From: Planctomycetota bacterium
GTDB taxonomy: Bacteria; Planctomycetota; UBA1135; UBA2386
Assembly: GCA_965228735.1 (NCBI GenBank)
Contig: OZ245838.1
Span: forward strand, 3,200,001 to 3,264,000
Length of the DNA stretch: 64,000 bases
Reading direction: 5' to 3'
Under the pieces are notes generated by a model. It was given only the letters and a program-made list of their open reading frames with translations. It ran no database searches and was not told the origin of the DNA. Positions within the stretch are counted from its first letter, which is position 1. Every line of letters starts with the position of its first letter. Shown here one piece after another: positions 54,946 to 64,000 of the stretch. A program made the translations under genes and the position numbers.

Positions 54946-57669
54946 ATGAGCAATCGCCAGCAGCCCTCCCAGACCTCCTCAAACCTCCTTGCCAAGGCCG
55001 CTTACGGCGCAGCTCTGGCCGTGATGTTCGCCGCCTGCAGCAGCGGCGGTGGCGGCGACGGCGGCGGCGGCCAGCCCGCCGGTCCGCAGCCGAACCCGAC
55101 CCCGGCCCCGACGCCCGCGAGCCTCGTCGTCGACCTCGACGTCCGGCCCGGCGCCGGCACGGGGTCGAGCCCCGGCGTCGAGCTCAATGGTCGACTCATC
55201 ATGCCGCTCGCGCCGCCCGAGACGGGCTCCGAGCTCTACATCACGGACGGCACCGTCGCGGGCACCGAGCTGCTCGTCGACATCGTGCCCGGCAGCAATC
55301 ACTCATCGCCGTACGAGCTCACGGTCGCCGGCACCCAGGTGTTCTTCACGGCGCAGAACGAACTCGGCCGCGAGCTCTGGGTGACCGACGGCACCGCTGC
55401 GGGAACCCGGGTGGTCGCCGATCTCAATCCGGGGGCGGGGTCGACGTCGTTCGACATCGTCGGCACGCTCGGCGACGAGATCTTCTTCTCGGCCTACATC
55501 GACTCGTTCGGCGTCGGCCGCGAGCTGTTCAAGACCAACGGCGGCGCAGTCTCGCTCGTCAAGGACATCGACCCGGGGTCGACGTCGTCGCGGCCGGGCC
55601 GAGGGTTCGAGTTCCAGGGCCGCCTCTACTTCTCGGCCGATGGGCCCGAAGGTGAAGAACTCTGGGCGACGGACGGCACCACGAATGGCACCGTGCTCGT
55701 CGCGGACATCGAACCCGGGTCGGGATCCAGCAACCCCGGCACCTTCATGCCCCTCGGCAGCCAACTGTTCTTCCGGGCGCGGACCGCGGCGACCGGCTAC
55801 GAGCTGTTCGTCACGGACGGCACGGCGGCCGGCACGACGCTCGTCGCGGACATTCGCCCCGGCGCGGATTCATCGAGCCCCTACCCGATGCGCGCCTTCG
55901 CAGGTGGCGTCCTGCTGCGGGCCGACGACGGCACCAACGGGCGCGAGCTGTGGCACAGCAACGGCACCGCGGCCGGCACGCGGCTCGTCAAGGACATCGA
56001 TCCCGGCGCCGCGACCTCGGACCCGCGCGAGGTCTTCGTGTTGACGCCCAATCTCGCCGTGTTCGTCGCGACGACGGCGTCCGCGGGCCGTGAGCTGTGG
56101 CGTACGGACGGCACGGAGTCCGGGACGTTTCAGCTGCGTGACATCCAACCCGGCGCCATCAGCTCGTCACCGGCCGAGCTGCAGCGCTCGGGCAACGTCG
56201 TGCTCTTCCGGGCGACGACGGCATCCGAAGGCCGCGAGCTGTGGATGACCGACGGCACGGCGTTCGGCACGACCCTCCTCGCCGACCTCAACCCCGGAAC
56301 CGAGGATTCGAGCCCGGCCGCCCGCGGCACCGTCAACGGCATCGCGCTCTACAATGCCACGGACGGCGTCAACGGGTATGAACTCTGGGCCGCGACGCAG
56401 GCCGGGACGACCCCGATCGATCTCACGCCGCCATCGAGCGACGGTTCGGTGCCGCGGCAGTTCGTCAAACTCGGCAGCCGCGCGATATTCACGGCCGTCG
56501 GCGGTGACGTCGGCAGCGAGCTGTTCGCGTCCGACGGCACGGCAGCAGGCACGATGCTGCTCGCCGACCTGGTCCCGGGCGGCGGCGGCAGCGCGCCGAA
56601 GAACCTCACCGTCCTCGGTGACCAGGTCCTCTTCACCGCGTCGCAGACCGGCATCGGCGAGGAGTTGTTCGTCACGGATGGCACGCCGCTCGGCACCCGC
56701 CTGCTCCGAGACATCGACCCGACCGGGAGCTCACGCCCGCGCGGCTTCGCCCGCCTCGGCGACGAAGCGGCGTTCTTCGTCGGCCTCATCGACTACGAGC
56801 TGTGGATGACGAACGGGACGACGAACGGCACGCGACGCCTCGCGCTGTCATTGCGCGATACGTCGGCCATGACCGAGTTTCAGGGCCGACTGTTCTTCGG
56901 CGCCGAGGGCGATCCGAGCACCGGCACGGAACTGTGGGTCACGGACGGCACAGCAAACGGCACGGGCCTGTTCGCGGACCTGCGGCCGGGCAGTTCGAGC
57001 AGCAGGCCGAACATGCTCGGCGTGGTCAACGACCGCCTCGTGTTCGTGGCGCGGGTCGACAACGGCTACCAGCTGTTCGTTTCCGACGGCACCCCGGCCG
57101 GCACCGTCCAACTCGATCCCAACCCGACCGGGTCCCTGAGTTCGAGCACCCAGGTCATCGCCGAACTGCCGACGGGCCTGCTGCTGCAGGTGACGACCGA
57201 CGGGCAGCCGCAGATCTGGTTCACGGACGCCACCCTGGCCGGCACCCGCAAGGTCGCGGACGCCTACTCGGTCTCCGGCAGTCCGCCCTACGGCTCGGCC
57301 GTACTCGGTGACGTTGCGTACTTCGCCGCGACCACGGGGCTCGACACCAACTACGAGCTGTGGAAGAGCGACGGCACCGTCGCCGGCACGGGTCTCGCCG
57401 CGGAGATCTTCGACGGGCCGATGTGGTCGCTGCCGCGCTACTTCGTCAAGGTCGACGAGACCCTCGCGTTCTTCCATGCCCGCGACATCGATCACGGCGG
57501 CGAATTGTGGCAGGTGACGGACACGGGCGAGATCACGCGGCGCACCGACCTGCGGCCTGGCCGCCCGGACGGGCACGGCCTGCCCGGCGTGATCCTCGGC
57601 GATCAGCTGCTGTTCACCGGCGACGACGGCGAGACCGGCGCGGAGCTCTTCAAGATCGCCGTGCGCTGA
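54946..57669 (+). CDS. ELWxxDGT-repeat lipoprotein
   Basis: Lipobox FAA|C, Gly/Pro linker, more than a dozen EL[WF]xxDGTxxGT repeats running to the C-terminus. Confidence 0.9.
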   Translation: MSNRQQPSQTSSNLLAKAAYGAALAVMFAACSSGGGGDGGGGQPAGPQPNPTPAPTPASLVVDLDVRPGAGTGSSPGVELNGRLIMPLAPPETGSELYITDGTVAGTELLVDIVPGSNHSSPYELTVAGTQVFFTAQNELGRELWVTDGTAAGTRVVADLNPGAGSTSFDIVGTLGDEIFFSAYIDSFGVGRELFKTNGGAVSLVKDIDPGSTSSRPGRGFEFQGRLYFSADGPEGEELWATDGTTNGTVLVADIEPGSGSSNPGTFMPLGSQLFFRARTAATGYELFVTDGTAAGTTLVADIRPGADSSSPYPMRAFAGGVLLRADDGTNGRELWHSNGTAAGTRLVKDIDPGAATSDPREVFVLTPNLAVFVATTASAGRELWRTDGTESGTFQLRDIQPGAISSSPAELQRSGNVVLFRATTASEGRELWMTDGTAFGTTLLADLNPGTEDSSPAARGTVNGIALYNATDGVNGYELWAATQAGTTPIDLTPPSSDGSVPRQFVKLGSRAIFTAVGGDVGSELFASDGTAAGTMLLADLVPGGGGSAPKNLTVLGDQVLFTASQTGIGEELFVTDGTPLGTRLLRDIDPTGSSRPRGFARLGDEAAFFVGLIDYELWMTNGTTNGTRRLALSLRDTSAMTEFQGRLFFGAEGDPSTGTELWVTDGTANGTGLFADLRPGSSSSRPNMLGVVNDRLVFVARVDNGYQLFVSDGTPAGTVQLDPNPTGSLSSSTQVIAELPTGLLLQVTTDGQPQIWFTDATLAGTRKVADAYSVSGSPPYGSAVLGDVAYFAATTGLDTNYELWKSDGTVAGTGLAAEIFDGPMWSLPRYFVKVDETLAFFHARDIDHGGELWQVTDTGEITRRTDLRPGRPDGHGLPGVILGDQLLFTGDDGETGAELFKIAVR

Positions 57670-57813
57670 AGCCGTCAGGCCGGATCGCGGCGCGCGCGGA
57701 ACACACGTTTCGGAGTGTGATCGACGCTAGAGAACCGTGCGCCGGCGGCTCCGAATCGACGCCCGGGCCGGTGGCCCGTGGCGGCATCCGGGACGGCCCG
57801 TAGACTCGCGCAT

Positions 57814-59865
57814 GTGAACACCGCGCTCTCGTTTCGCCGGGTCGCCGCCGGCTGTGCGCTCATCGCGACCGCAGCGTCGGCGCCATCGCAGACCGCCCCA
57901 CGCGAGGAGCACTGGGCGTTCGTCGCGCCGACTGCAGAAGCGCTGCCGGCGGTCGAGTCGAGCTGGCCCCGCGACCCGATCGATCACTTCGTCCTCGCGC
58001 GCCTGCAGCACGAAGGACTGCAACCGAGCGCTGCGGCCGATCGCCGCACGCTCGCGCGGCGACTGCATCTCGACCTCACGGGCCTGCCGCCTTCTCCCGC
58101 CGATCTGCGGACGTTCCTCGCGGATGATTCGCCCGCCGCCTACGAGCGGCTCGTCGACCGGCTGCTCGCTTCGAAGCACTACGGCGAACACATGGCGCGC
58201 TACTGGCTGGACCTCGTGCGTTTCGCGGACACCAACGGGCGCCACCACGACCACTACCGCGAGATGAGCCCGTACCGCGATTGGGTCATCCGATCGTTCA
58301 ACGACAACCGGCCGTACGACGAGTTCGTCGTCGATCAGATCGCGGGCGACCTGCACGCGAACGCGACCCTCGACCAGCGTACCGCGTCGGGTTTCCATCG
58401 CCTGCACCTGATCATCGACGTCGGCACGGCGCTGCCCGAGGAGAGCCGCGCGCAGAACGTGATCGATCGGGTCACGGCGTACGGAACCGCGTTCCTCGGC
58501 CTAACGGTGCATTGCGCGGTCTGCCACGATCACAAGTACGACCCGATCACGCAGCGCGACTTCTTCGGGCTGTATGCGTTCTTCAACAACATCGACGCCC
58601 AGCCGGAGACCGGCCGCCGTGGGGGCCCGGACTTCCATCGCGGTCTGCAGCCGCCGTACGAGAGCCTCCCGACCGCCGCACAGCGCGAGCAGCTCGCAGC
58701 CATCGAGCAGGAACTCGCCCGCAAGAAGGACGGCGACAAGAACGCGCTGCGCGCCGTGCAGCGGCGGCGCGACGAGCTGTTGAAGTCGATCCCCGCGGCG
58801 ATGGTGATGCGGGAACGCGAGGAGATGCGCGCGACACACGTGTTCGTCCGCGGCGCGTACGACCAGCTCGGGGAGGCCGTGGCCCGCGCCACGCCAGCGT
58901 TCCTGCCGCCGCTCGAGCACGAGGGCACCCCCACCCGCATGGATCTCGCGAACTGGACCGTGGCGCGAGACAACCCGCTCACGGCGCGCGCGGCGGTCAA
59001 CCGTTTCTGGCAGCAGTTCTTCGGCACCGGCCTCGTGAAGACGTCGGAAGATCTCGGCGTGCAGGGCGAGCGGCCGAGCCACCCCGCGCTGCTGGATCAC
59101 CTCGCGATCGCGTTCGTCGACTCGAACTGGGACGTGAAAGCCCTCGTTAGGCGCATCGTGATGTCCGCGACCTACCGTCAGACATCGAAGGCGCCGGCCG
59201 CCGCGTTCGCGCGCGACCCCGACAATCGACTGCTGGCGCGCGGCGCGCGCTTCCGCCTCGATGCCGAGGTGATCCGCGACTCGGCGCTCGCGACGAGCGG
59301 CCTGCTCGATCGCACGCTGTTCGGGCGCAGCGTGAAGCCGCCGCAGCCGCCGGGGATCTGGCAGGCCGTCACGTTGCCCGACTCGCTGCCGCGCGTCTAC
59401 GTCGCGGATACGGGCGCGGCCGCCCATCGCCGCAGCATCTACACGTTCTGGAAGCGCGGGCTGCCGCCGCCGCAGCTGACGATCCTCAACGCGCCGACGC
59501 GGGAGTACTGCACCGCGCGCCGCGAACGCACCAATACGCCGCTGCAAGCGCTGCTGCTGCTGAACGACCCGCAGCAGATCGAAGCCGCCCGTGAGCTCGC
59601 GAAGGCGATTCTCGCAGGCTCGCCGATCACGGACCGGGCGCGCATCGCGAGCCTCTGGGAGGCGATCACCGGTGCGCGACCCGAGACCGCCGATGTCACG
59701 ACGCTGGAGCGGGCGTTGCGCGATCTGCGAGCCACCTACGAAGGCGACGAGGCGCTCGCTCGCGAACTCAGCGGCCCGACCGAGCTCACTCCGTCCGAGG
59801 TCGCGGCGTGGACGATGATCGCGAGCACGATCTACAACCTCGACGTCACGAAGACGCGGCAATAG
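57814..59865 (+). CDS. DUF1549/DUF1553 (PSCyt2/PSD1) planctomycete cytochrome-like protein
   Basis: HWAF, PIDHF, LDLTGLPP, YGEHMA.YWLD, CAVCHDHKYDP, NPLTAR..VNR, PSHPALLD, TNTPLQAL; start uncertain. Confidence 0.92.
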   Translation: MNTALSFRRVAAGCALIATAASAPSQTAPREEHWAFVAPTAEALPAVESSWPRDPIDHFVLARLQHEGLQPSAAADRRTLARRLHLDLTGLPPSPADLRTFLADDSPAAYERLVDRLLASKHYGEHMARYWLDLVRFADTNGRHHDHYREMSPYRDWVIRSFNDNRPYDEFVVDQIAGDLHANATLDQRTASGFHRLHLIIDVGTALPEESRAQNVIDRVTAYGTAFLGLTVHCAVCHDHKYDPITQRDFFGLYAFFNNIDAQPETGRRGGPDFHRGLQPPYESLPTAAQREQLAAIEQELARKKDGDKNALRAVQRRRDELLKSIPAAMVMREREEMRATHVFVRGAYDQLGEAVARATPAFLPPLEHEGTPTRMDLANWTVARDNPLTARAAVNRFWQQFFGTGLVKTSEDLGVQGERPSHPALLDHLAIAFVDSNWDVKALVRRIVMSATYRQTSKAPAAAFARDPDNRLLARGARFRLDAEVIRDSALATSGLLDRTLFGRSVKPPQPPGIWQAVTLPDSLPRVYVADTGAAAHRRSIYTFWKRGLPPPQLTILNAPTREYCTARRERTNTPLQALLLLNDPQQIEAARELAKAILAGSPITDRARIASLWEAITGARPETADVTTLERALRDLRATYEGDEALARELSGPTELTPSEVAAWTMIASTIYNLDVTKTRQ

Positions 59866-59871
59866 ACCACC

Positions 59872-61314
59872 ATGCATCGCATCCTTCGTGATCACCTGAC
59901 GCTGCAGTCCCGCCGCGCGTTCCTCCAAGCTACGGGGATGGGCCTGGGCGCGACCGCGCTCGGCGCGCTCGCGCAACCCGCGACGGGCGACAATACGGCG
60001 GGCCCGCACCACGCACCGCGAGCCAAACGCGTGATCTTCCTGTTCATGGCGGGCGCGCCGAGCCAGCTCGACCTGTTCGACTACAAGCCCGACCTCGGCA
60101 AGCGGTTCAAGGCGCCGTTGCCCGACAGCGTGACGATGGGCCAGCGCGTGACCGCGATGACGCGCGGCCGCACCAAGCTCACCGCGCCGTCGATGTTCGG
60201 CTTCCGCCGGGCCGGCCAGAACGGCGTCTACTGGAGCGAGCTGCTGCCGCACCTCGCGGCCGTCAGCGACCGGATCTGCGTCGTCAAGTCACTCAACACG
60301 AACGCGATCAATCACGACCCGGGCAAGACGTATCTCTGCACGGGGTCCGAGATCCCCGGTAAGGCGAGCATGGGCGCCTGGCTGAGCTACGGCCTCGGGT
60401 CGATGAACCGCGACCTGCCGGACTTCGTCGTGCTCACGTCAGCGTTCTGGACGGGCGGCAAGCGCAACGTGCAGGGACTCTACGGCCGGCTGTGGAGCGC
60501 CGGCTTCCTGCCGGGGAAGCACCAGGGCACCGCGTTCCAATCGACGGGCGATCCGGTGCTCTACCTGTCGAACCCGGCCGGCGTCGACCGCTCCGTGCGA
60601 CGCCGCATGCTCGACGCGACGGCCGAGCTCAACCGGCGGCATGCGGCCGCGATCGGCGACCCCGCGATCACGACGACGATCGCGCAGCAGGAGATGGCGT
60701 TCCACATGCAGGCGTCCGTGCCGGAACTCACCGACATCGAGTCCGAACCCGCGGACGTGCGCGCGCTCTACGGTCCGGAGGTCGAGAAACCCGGCTCGTT
60801 CGCGCGCAACTGCCTGCTCGCGCGCCGCATGATCGAACGCGACGTGCGCTTCGTGCAGCTGTTCCACCGCGGCTGGGACCACCACTCGATCCTGCCGAAG
60901 CAGCTGCCGGGGCAGTGCTACGACGTCGACCAGCCCGCGGCCGCGCTGATCAGCGACCTCGAGCGGCGCGGGCTGCTCGACGACACGCTCATCGTGTTCG
61001 CCGGCGAGTTCGGCCGCACGGTCTACTGCCAGGGGCGGCTCGAACGCGACGACTACGGCCGCGACCACCACCCTCGCTGCTTCTCCGGCTGGCTCGCCGG
61101 CGGCGGTGTCCAGGGCGGCATCGAGTACGGCCGCACCGACGACTTCAGCTACAACGTCGTCGAGAACCCGGTCGCCGTGCGCGACCTGCACGCCACGATG
61201 TTGCACCTGCTCGGCCTCGACCACGAGCGACTGGTCTTCCCTTTCCAGGGCCTCGACCAGCGGCTCACGGGCGTCGAAGAACCCGCGCACGTCGTGCGCG
61301 GGATCCTGGCCTAG
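59872..61314 (+). CDS. DUF1501 family protein (Tat signal)
   Basis: [53 protein letters not shown]. Confidence 0.93.
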   Translation: MHRILRDHLTLQSRRAFLQATGMGLGATALGALAQPATGDNTAGPHHAPRAKRVIFLFMAGAPSQLDLFDYKPDLGKRFKAPLPDSVTMGQRVTAMTRGRTKLTAPSMFGFRRAGQNGVYWSELLPHLAAVSDRICVVKSLNTNAINHDPGKTYLCTGSEIPGKASMGAWLSYGLGSMNRDLPDFVVLTSAFWTGGKRNVQGLYGRLWSAGFLPGKHQGTAFQSTGDPVLYLSNPAGVDRSVRRRMLDATAELNRRHAAAIGDPAITTTIAQQEMAFHMQASVPELTDIESEPADVRALYGPEVEKPGSFARNCLLARRMIERDVRFVQLFHRGWDHHSILPKQLPGQCYDVDQPAAALISDLERRGLLDDTLIVFAGEFGRTVYCQGRLERDDYGRDHHPRCFSGWLAGGGVQGGIEYGRTDDFSYNVVENPVAVRDLHATMLHLLGLDHERLVFPFQGLDQRLTGVEEPAHVVRGILA

Positions 61315-61525
61315 ACCGCTTCGCTCACCAGGATCGCGGGCCAGTGCGTCGAAATCGGCCGTGAGCAAGGAAGGCGAGGAAAGTCCGCGGAAGCGGGTCG
61401 GTGGACCCGCTGAGCAGACTGACCGAGCCCGCCTCGCGGGCGGCCGGCGAACGCCGGCCGTCTGACGCAGCTCACGGGCGATTGCGGCGTGGTGGCGCGT
61501 GATCCTGGTGAGGGAAGCGGGCTAG
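61311..61525. mobile_element. 215-bp non-coding foldback element bounded by CTAG (MITE-like or structured RNA)
   Basis: 56-nt ungapped imperfect inverted repeats (61311-61366 and 61470-61525) enclosing three small hairpins; no transposase in the window. Confidence 0.55.
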
Positions 61526-61538
61526 CCGCGGGGGGGGA

Positions 61539-63509
61539 TCAGTTCACGTCGACCGTGTGCCGCACGGCGTTCGACGTGATCGCGCCGAGCGTGTTGTAAC
61601 CCGGCACGAGCGCCGCGCCCTGCGACTTGATCTCGACGCCGGCGAGCGCCGGGTTGTTCACGACGGCGAGGCTGCCGGCCGCGACGCCGCCGACGGGCAC
61701 GTTCAGCTGCACCGCGTCGTTGGACGTGTACTGGAAGCAACCGGGCATGCCGAACGACGTGAGATCGATCGGCGGATTGAGCTCGTTGAGGCCGAAGACC
61801 GTCGCGACGAGGATCGCGCTGCTCGGAATCGGGAACGTCGCGAGATCCACCGATCCGCCGATGACCGGTCGGCGATCCGCACGCTGCAGGATCGCCACCT
61901 TGTCCGGCGACGTCGTCACGCTGCCGACGGTCGACAGGTCGATCGAGCCGGGATCGATCGAACCGAACCCCGGGGTCCAACCGACGAGGGTCGGCTGGTT
62001 CACGCTCGCGGCGTTCTGATACCGGTACTGCACCGTGCCGTTCGGATCGAACACGACCTGGAACGACTGCGTCGCGGCCACCGCGTTGTACTCGGGCACG
62101 TTGAGGAACGTCACGACGGCCGCGTTCGTGGTCGGATCGATGTCGAAGTGCACGCTGCCGCCGAGCGCCGGGTTGAGGTCGGACCAGTACGGGCACCAGC
62201 GCGCCGCCTGACCGCTGAACATGCGCGCCGGGTCACCATCGAACCACTGCGCCGAGCCGTCGTCGTTGTCGCTGCGGACGAAGCCGTTGCTGCTGATGTA
62301 GATGTCCGTGATGCTGCCGCCCGGGAAGTTGAGCGTGAAGCCGAGCGGCCGCACCACGACCGTCTCGTCCGTCATCGCGAGCGCCGCGGACGTCGGCGTG
62401 AACCACGGCGTCGGCCCCGGCAGCGGCAGGACCGTGTAGCCGTTGCCCGTCGGCACGAGCTGCACCCACGTGTTGTTGAGGTCGAACGTCGCGGGCGTGA
62501 AGTTCTCGTAGACCGACGCGCTCGCTTCATCGACGCAACCATCACCGAACGGGATCGACTGGGCGAAGCCGGGCTCCGGCGGCGTCTTGTAGGCCCACGT
62601 GTCGCTGCGATAGTCGCCACCGAACATCATCGTCTGCCCGCGCACGGTGTCGTAGACGAGATAGTCGTCGTAGCGCGCCGCCGGCAACGTCGCCGGGCTC
62701 CTCTGCGTCCAGTCCGTGCCGTCGAACTCCCAGGTGTCGGCGGTCAACGTACCGCCGAACAGCACGATCCGCGAACGCACCGCGTCGGTGGCCATCGTGT
62801 GATCCCAGCGACCGGTCGGCGAGTTCAAGGTCGTGCGCTGGGCCCAGTCGACGTTGTCGAAGTACCACGTGTCACTGCTCGCCCCCGGGTAGCCGCTGAA
62901 CAGCACGAGGCCACCGCCGATCGGGTCGTACGCCATGTCGGCGGCGAAGCGCAGCGGCAGCGGCCAGTTCGCGGTCACGATCTGGGTCCAATCCGTGCCG
63001 TTCCACTCCCACGTGTCGGTCAGCGTTCCGGCACCGAGACCGTTGCCGCCGTGCATGACGCACGTGCCGCGCAACGGATGCCAGACGAGCGGATGCGACA
63101 GCCGGCCGGGCGGCACCGTCGCGGGCGTTCCCGCCATCCACGTCGAGCCGTCCCACTCCCACGTGTCGGACAACGCGCCACCGACACCGATCCCGCCGAA
63201 GAGCACGACGCGACCGCGCGCCGCGTCGTAGGCGAGCGGATGCCCCGCGCGCGCCGGCGGCGACACGGCGGGCGCAGCCTGTGTCCAGGTCGTGCCATCG
63301 AACAACCAGGTGTCGTCGACGCGAACGTTGCCGGCCTGCGCCCCGCCGAACAGCACGGTCAGATCGTTGCCGGCGTCGTACGCCATCGCGTGACCGGTCA
63401 GGCCGGGCGGCGAATTGGTCGGGAAGAGCTCGAACCAGTCCTGGGCCGCCGAGGTGCCAGCGGTAAGCGTGACGGTGAGCACAGAGAGAACGTGAGCGGG
63501 GCGTGGCAA
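61539..63509 (-). CDS. secreted Kelch-like repeat + NIDO-like + shared C-terminal domain protein
   Basis: TTG start after GGAG; signal ...TSAA|Q; six repeats P..R..H.[ML]AYD...VLFGG...DTW.[WF]DG..W; ends GMPGC...NNPALAG..IKSQ...TSNAVRHTVDVN. Confidence 0.85.
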   Translation of the reverse strand: MPRPAHVLSVLTVTLTAGTSAAQDWFELFPTNSPPGLTGHAMAYDAGNDLTVLFGGAQAGNVRVDDTWLFDGTTWTQAAPAVSPPARAGHPLAYDAARGRVVLFGGIGVGGALSDTWEWDGSTWMAGTPATVPPGRLSHPLVWHPLRGTCVMHGGNGLGAGTLTDTWEWNGTDWTQIVTANWPLPLRFAADMAYDPIGGGLVLFSGYPGASSDTWYFDNVDWAQRTTLNSPTGRWDHTMATDAVRSRIVLFGGTLTADTWEFDGTDWTQRSPATLPAARYDDYLVYDTVRGQTMMFGGDYRSDTWAYKTPPEPGFAQSIPFGDGCVDEASASVYENFTPATFDLNNTWVQLVPTGNGYTVLPLPGPTPWFTPTSAALAMTDETVVVRPLGFTLNFPGGSITDIYISSNGFVRSDNDDGSAQWFDGDPARMFSGQAARWCPYWSDLNPALGGSVHFDIDPTTNAAVVTFLNVPEYNAVAATQSFQVVFDPNGTVQYRYQNAASVNQPTLVGWTPGFGSIDPGSIDLSTVGSVTTSPDKVAILQRADRRPVIGGSVDLATFPIPSSAILVATVFGLNELNPPIDLTSFGMPGCFQYTSNDAVQLNVPVGGVAAGSLAVVNNPALAGVEIKSQGAALVPGYNTLGAITSNAVRHTVDVN

Positions 63510-63600
63510 GGGGGGCTCCGGGTAGCGAGGAAACGAGAGGGTCGGACGCCGGCGGCGACCGACGCCCGATTCTACTCGCGCGCCACGCCCACGCCGAGCA

Positions 63601-64000
63601 CTACCGCCGGCGACCGATCGCTGGCGCCGACTCCTGTGGCCGGGCGACTCGCACCAGCGCATCCTCGCGCCCGAGGTCGGGGCGCCACTTCATCTCGGTC
63701 GTGCTGCGGCTGCCGTCCGCGTGCACGTACCAGTCGACGCCGGCGTCACTGCGCTCGACGGTGACGATCGGACTCCACGGGTGCGGCCCCCACGCGGCGG
63801 CGAGGCGCATCGCGCCCGTCGCGCCGTTGAGCGCGGCGACGACGGAGCCGTCCGGCAACTCGAGCTGACCGGCAACCGCCTGTTTCTCGTCGTCAGCTCG
63901 CGGCGGTTCGGCCACGCCTCCCGCGGCAGGAGCGATCACGGCGGCGCCCGACCCGGGATCCGCAGCCGAGCCCCGACCCGAATCCGCCGGCGACGACACC
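63601..64000 (-). CDS. hypothetical protein, 5' end outside the window
   Basis: Open frame to the window edge; plausible globular segment LELPDG...WSPIV...DWYVHADGS.STT. Confidence 0.55.
   Translation of the reverse strand, partial: VSSPADSGRGSAADPGSGAAVIAPAAGGVAEPPRADDEKQAVAGQLELPDGSVVAALNGATGAMRLAAAWGPHPWSPIVTVERSDAGVDWYVHADGSRSTTEMKWRPDLGREDALVRVARPQESAPAIGRRR

Noticed and set aside
54835..55071. GGGGDGGG encoded both at the sigma C-terminus and in the next lipoprotein's linker
   Set aside because: Low-complexity GGC runs, expected by chance in GC-rich Gly linkers.
61376..61387. GAGGAAAGTCCG, resembling the conserved 5' motif of RNase P RNA
   Set aside because: I found no matching 3' P4 strand (ACAGAA...GGCTTA-like), and the element is much shorter than typical bacterial RNase P RNA. 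An Rfam scan would settle it.

Overview
High-GC bacterial DNA, probably Planctomycetota. This is inferred from a DUF1549/DUF1553 + DUF1501 pair, a DUF1080/DUF6797-type multidomain protein and three Ser/Thr kinase-ECF sigma pairs. I call 41 CDSs, mostly exported proteins, and saw no rRNA, tRNA, CRISPR array or transposase. Family names are from motif recognition by eye, not database searches. Main observations: (1) Two ORFs (35678-36700) join in frame through a TGA at the catalytic-Cys position of a thioredoxin-like fold, followed by a hairpin that fits the bacterial SECIS pattern, so this is a candidate exported selenoprotein. (2) About 10-12 otherwise unrelated secreted proteins share a ~110-135 aa C-terminal domain, a candidate undescribed sorting or anchoring signal, and nearly all Sec signal peptides end just before Gln. 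(3) Twin 133-aa secreted proteins have 12 invariant Cys. (4) A PGM1-like ATP-grasp, a divergent GGT and an SDR form an operon. (5) There are two non-coding palindromic element types: a twice-occurring double hairpin and a 215-bp CTAG-bounded foldback.
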